This document shows, piece after piece, positions 59,990-64,000 of a stretch of DNA of 64,000 nucleotides; the first letter of the stretch is position 1; each line of letters opens with the position of its first letter. The DNA is taken from the NCBI GenBank assembly GCA_963666205.1, contig OY762654.1, forward strand, positions 2,432,001 to 2,496,000, read 5' to 3'. The notes below the pieces were generated by a model that was given only the letters and a program-made list of their open reading frames with translations, had not been told where the DNA came from and did no database searches. Position numbers and translations under genes: made by a program. Origin of the DNA: Synergistales bacterium. Lineage in GTDB: Bacteria; Synergistota; Synergistia; Synergistales; JAFGMB01.

Positions 59990-60433
59990 TTATTCCTTTT
60001 TAGGTGGCTGGAATACCAGTACAGTACAGGGCGAATGTCTTACCACTTTTGCCGCCACGCTTCCGATAAAGAAACGTTCCAGGTCGCTGAGTCCTCTATG
60101 TCCTATCAGTATGGTGTCATAGTGTCCGTTTTCAGCAAAATTTATTATTTCTTCATATGGAGTTCCTGTTCTAACTGTGATCTCATAGGGAGTTTTGACT
60201 GTATCAGAAGCCTTTAATTCATCTTCTATGATCTTCGCATAATTTTCTTCCACCGCACTTTCTTTGGGAAGTTCGAATGAATATGGCATTCCTGAAGGAT
60301 CGAAGTAGGGCTTTTCTACTACATGGATGAATTCAAGCTGATCAAGGCCTTCCTTCCGGGCATACTGGAAGGCATACCTTATCAGAGCTCTGCTTACGTC
60401 ACTGGCGTCAATAGCAACAAGAGCCTTTTTCAT
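59990..60433 (-). CDS. universal stress protein (Usp family)
   Basis: LVAIDAS, IGHRG, FFIGSVAAKVVRHSPCTVLV. Confidence 0.9.
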   Translation of the reverse strand: MKKALVAIDASDVSRALIRYAFQYARKEGLDQLEFIHVVEKPYFDPSGMPYSFELPKESAVEENYAKIIEDELKASDTVKTPYEITVRTGTPYEEIINFAENGHYDTILIGHRGLSDLERFFIGSVAAKVVRHSPCTVLVFQPPKKE

Positions 60434-60602
60434 GATTCTCTACCTCCTTTCGACCCATATTAGCTAACATTATACCACGGTAACTCGATAAATAAAGAGA
60501 TAGGCCTCTGGCACTGAAAGAGCTATCAGGAACTGGTGTTAATAAAATCTTCACCTTATAATTAATAAACTATCTTTTCTATTTTGAGGGGAATAAACAG
60601 TT

Positions 60603-60947
60603 ATGGGGAAAAAATTGATCTTTTCAGCCATTCTCATCATTGTAATTATGGGTCTTTTTTTTGAAAAAGAAATTGATAAACTTTTTCATACTGGCCCTTC
60701 AACTCCAGCTGGAGTTGAAGGGAAGGTTGGGAATACGTATAACATACCTGAAGATCCCGGCTGGATGGATGTTCTTGACCTCCTAAAAAGCGAGACCGTC
60801 AAAGAAAACGAAAATGGTTCTTTTGCCAGGGACCCTCTTGTTTATATCAGTGCTTTCTGGAAGGAGATAGTAAATGCGCCTTCGGATTCTTCCTTTTTTA
60901 CAAGGATAATTAAATTCCTGCTTGCTGTAAAAAATGCATCACAGTGA
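60603..60947 (+). CDS. hypothetical membrane-anchored protein
   Basis: N-terminal hydrophobic helix; GAGGGG Shine-Dalgarno. Confidence 0.6.
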   Translation: MGKKLIFSAILIIVIMGLFFEKEIDKLFHTGPSTPAGVEGKVGNTYNIPEDPGWMDVLDLLKSETVKENENGSFARDPLVYISAFWKEIVNAPSDSSFFTRIIKFLLAVKNASQ

Positions 60948-60971
60948 AGATAAAGGGGAGGATGAACCTTC

Positions 60972-62036
60972 ATGTTCAGTATATTGATCATCAATACTGG
61001 TTCTACATCCACAAAACTGGCCTTCTTTAAGGGGAGTACCTGTTTATGCAGGGAGGATATATCCCATTCTGCAGTAGATATTTCTTCCTTTCCTGATATT
61101 TTCGATCAATACGAATACCGTATGAGAGCTGTCAGGGATTTTCTTACACGAAATAATATCGTTCTCTCGGAGATATCAGCCATTGCTGCCAGGGGCGGCC
61201 ATACCATACCCATTGAAGGAGGGGTTTACAGAATAACTCCCAAGATGCTTTCCCAGATATCAAGTGGCAGTTTCGGGAGACATCCCTGTGATCTCAGCAG
61301 TGCCATAGCATTTGAACTTGCTGAAGGTAATAATATTATTCCCCTTGTTGTAGATCCTCCGGTTACAGATGAATTCCATTCCTTAGCCAGATTATCAGGT
61401 CTTCCTTCCATCAGCAGGAGAAGCCGGTTCCATGCACTTAATCTCAAAGCTGTTGCCAGGAAGGTCGCATATGAACTTGGAAAAGACCTTTCAGAAGTTA
61501 ACCTTATAGGTGTACATATGGGAGGGGGTATCTCTGTCTGTGCATGTAGAAAGGGAAGAATGGTCGACTGCAACAATGCTTTGGATGGGGATGGGCCCTA
61601 TTCTCCAGAACGTTCAGGAGGTCTTCCGGTATGGGATCTTGTAGAGCTCTGTTTTTCAGGAAGATCAAGTCGTGAAGGATTGCGCAGGATGCTGGTCGGA
61701 GAGGGCGGTTTAGTGGCATATCTTGGAAGCAAGGATGTAAAACAGATAGAAGAGATGATACTCAGGGGAGACGGGAGAGCAAAAACAGTTCTTGAGGGAA
61801 TGGCTTACCAGGTTGCTAAAGAAGTGGGAGCCATGGCCACAGTACTTGAAGGTAAGGTAGATGCTGTTTATATTACTGGTGGAATAGCCCGGTCGACTAT
61901 GGTGAAGGATTGGATCCTGAACAGAATTTCTTTTATTGCTCCTTTTTTTACCTTTCCCGGTGAATTTGAAATGGAAGCTCTGGCTTCGGGAGCTATAAGG
62001 ATATTGGAAGGAAAGGAAAGGATCAGGGAACTTTAG
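60972..62036 (+). CDS. buk: butyrate kinase
   Basis: INTGSTSTK, ARGG, VDP, FHALN, HMGGGISV, GDGPYSPERSG, TGGIA, PGEFEMEALA. Confidence 0.93.
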   Translation: MFSILIINTGSTSTKLAFFKGSTCLCREDISHSAVDISSFPDIFDQYEYRMRAVRDFLTRNNIVLSEISAIAARGGHTIPIEGGVYRITPKMLSQISSGSFGRHPCDLSSAIAFELAEGNNIIPLVVDPPVTDEFHSLARLSGLPSISRRSRFHALNLKAVARKVAYELGKDLSEVNLIGVHMGGGISVCACRKGRMVDCNNALDGDGPYSPERSGGLPVWDLVELCFSGRSSREGLRRMLVGEGGLVAYLGSKDVKQIEEMILRGDGRAKTVLEGMAYQVAKEVGAMATVLEGKVDAVYITGGIARSTMVKDWILNRISFIAPFFTFPGEFEMEALASGAIRILEGKERIREL

Positions 62037-62080
62037 CTATTATTCAGAAATCCTGCTGAAGAATAGCCATATATCAGGAG

Positions 62081-63946
62081 GTGTATATAATGGGTGGTTC
62101 AACTACTGGACATAGACCAGATTGTACCAATTCTCCAGAAGGAACAATGAAGACCTTTGATCAACAGGATTTGCTACCCTGTCTTCCCGTTCCAGAACTG
62201 AAAGATACCTGTGGTAAATTTCTTGATTGGATGGCTCCTTTACTTAGTGAGGATGAATGGAAAGAAACACTCCAGGCAGTATCCGATTTCACTCTTGAAG
62301 ATGGAGATGGAGAGAAATTACAAAAGAAACTTTCAGAATGGTCTTGCGGAGAGGAAATATGTAACTGGCTGGAACCTTTCTGGTACAGCCATTATCTGAA
62401 GGACAGACTGCCCATAGTAATAAACAGCAATGTCTTTTTCATGCTCCTGGATAAAGCACCATCAGCTTCTTTAACCCAGTCGGAAAGAGCTGCAGATATT
62501 GTCGATGCAGTGTTAAGATTTCAGGAGATGATTGTTGCTGAAAACCTGCCATGTGATCGCGAGAAAGATTGCCCCCTTTGTATGAGCCAGTTTTCAAGAA
62601 TATTTTCAACAGCAAGAGTTCCGGAGGTGGGTCAGGATCGATTAAGAACTCCATGTTGTTCCGAGGGCCCTACACCTTACAGGGCTGATAATATTATCAT
62701 TATTCGCCAGGGCCATATTTTCACTTTGAAAGTTATGGACGAATCTGGATATGTAAAGTCTCCGAAATTGATAAGGAGAACCCTGGACAGGATTCTTTCT
62801 TCCCATCTGGCCCCCTTGTCTGATGGAGAATGCGTTGGAGCGCTTACCTCCATGAACAGGGATGAATGGGCTGAAGTCAGGGTGAAGCTTATTGAATCTG
62901 ACAGTTCAAATTTATCTCTTCTCAGGGAGATAGAAGATGCTCTCTGTGTGATCTGTTTTGATGATATTGTTCCGGCCTCCAGAGGAGAAGCCTCCAGGAT
63001 AATGCTTCACGGTGATGCCAGGAACAGGTGGTACGATAAATCAATTGAGTTCATAGTTTGTAGAGATGGAACTGCAGCAATTAATTATGAACATTCCTCC
63101 ATAGATGGTTCTTCAGTAGTCAGCCTTACAGGTTTTATATATGAACATAAAACTGTAGCAGGTAAAGAAAATGAAAGACCTGATGGGATTCTTGATTACA
63201 AAGAATTAAAATTTGTTCTTTCTCCGGAGATAAAAGCCGCCATTAAGAAAGCTTGTATTGATTTCGATGCCTTTGCAAAGGACACCTCTGTCAGGGTCCT
63301 TGATTTTATGCATTTTGGAAAGGATCGCATCAAGACTTTCAAGTTAAGCCCTGATGGTTTTGTTCAGATGGGTATTCAGCTTGCTTCATATAAGCTGTGG
63401 GGGAAACCATGTACTTCATATGAGCCTGTTGCGACCAGGCGTTTCCTTCATGGAAGAACCGAGGCAATGCGTCCTGTTACCAGGGAGTCGGTAGAATTTA
63501 CATTTAAAATGATGGATCCAGCTCTATCCGACGAAGAGAAGGCAGATGCATTGCGGGCTGCAGTTAAAAAACATGTATCAAGGATGAAGGAATGCAAGGA
63601 GGGCAGAGGAGTGGATCGGCATCTTCTAGGTCTTAAGAATATGTATTACCTTTTTGGTAAAGAACTTGGAATATCAGGATTGCCTTCACTTTTCAGATCT
63701 CCGGGATACATCAGGCTATGCCACAATACTGTATCTACAAGTACGAGTGGTCATGCCGGGCTTTCCCTATGCGGGTTTGGACCGGTAGTGAATGATGGTT
63801 TCGGAGTAAGATACCTTACCAAACCGGATCAGTTGAACATCAATCTTTCCAGCCGGGCAGTGATGGAAGAAAAACTTGATAAGTTTACTGCTTATCTTGA
63901 AGAGTCATATCTTGAAATGGCTGATCTGATGGAGCGGATAAAATAA
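62081..63946 (+). CDS. choline/carnitine O-acyltransferase family protein
   Basis: LPCLPVPEL, NWLEPFW, NRWYDKS, catalytic EHSSIDG, SPDGFVQ, RFLHGRTE, GVDRHLLGL, STS, GFGPVVNDGFGV. Confidence 0.92.
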   Translation: MYIMGGSTTGHRPDCTNSPEGTMKTFDQQDLLPCLPVPELKDTCGKFLDWMAPLLSEDEWKETLQAVSDFTLEDGDGEKLQKKLSEWSCGEEICNWLEPFWYSHYLKDRLPIVINSNVFFMLLDKAPSASLTQSERAADIVDAVLRFQEMIVAENLPCDREKDCPLCMSQFSRIFSTARVPEVGQDRLRTPCCSEGPTPYRADNIIIIRQGHIFTLKVMDESGYVKSPKLIRRTLDRILSSHLAPLSDGECVGALTSMNRDEWAEVRVKLIESDSSNLSLLREIEDALCVICFDDIVPASRGEASRIMLHGDARNRWYDKSIEFIVCRDGTAAINYEHSSIDGSSVVSLTGFIYEHKTVAGKENERPDGILDYKELKFVLSPEIKAAIKKACIDFDAFAKDTSVRVLDFMHFGKDRIKTFKLSPDGFVQMGIQLASYKLWGKPCTSYEPVATRRFLHGRTEAMRPVTRESVEFTFKMMDPALSDEEKADALRAAVKKHVSRMKECKEGRGVDRHLLGLKNMYYLFGKELGISGLPSLFRSPGYIRLCHNTVSTSTSGHAGLSLCGFGPVVNDGFGVRYLTKPDQLNINLSSRAVMEEKLDKFTAYLEESYLEMADLMERIK

Positions 63947-64000
63947 AATCCAGTCTTTCCTGATCCGGGAAGATTGGAGGAAAGCCCCGGGCCCTTTATT

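Overview
Chromosomal window of an anaerobic bacterium, most likely phylum Synergistota (a subtilase ends in a Synergist-CTERM-like GGGGC + transmembrane + basic tail). It carries housekeeping genes (rpoD, galE, gpsA, typA, buk), an AT-rich convergent surface-polysaccharide locus (gmd-fcl-wzx-glycosyltransferases-capD/pglF-like), a DegS/DegU-like pair, a persulfide/thiosulfate-handling cluster and many transporters. Items the ORF track misses or breaks: (1) an ORF-less, promoter- and terminator-bounded, heavily base-paired ~400-nt transcript candidate at ~52.9-53.3 kb that I cannot assign to a known RNA family; (2) a RAYT (YafM-type) transposase flanked by five 22-nt REP palindromes, with three more dispersed copies, all starting with ATAG rather than the canonical GTAG; (3) a selenocysteine peroxiredoxin split at its UGA, with a SECIS-like hairpin; (4) a second family of imperfect inverted repeats (TCACCGCAAAG...CTTTGCGG) bracketing intergenic inserts; (5) a ybaK pseudogene, an ORF interrupted by an in-frame TGA, and a 53-aa Cys-rich membrane protein. 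Unusual protein systems: a CapA-family gene between two paralogous exported alpha/alpha-toroid-like proteins, a choline/carnitine acyltransferase next to butyrate kinase, and a DAK2-DegV (FakA-FakB) fusion behind DUF1295 and a CFA-type methyltransferase. All calls come from reading motifs by eye; no database searches or folding programs were run.
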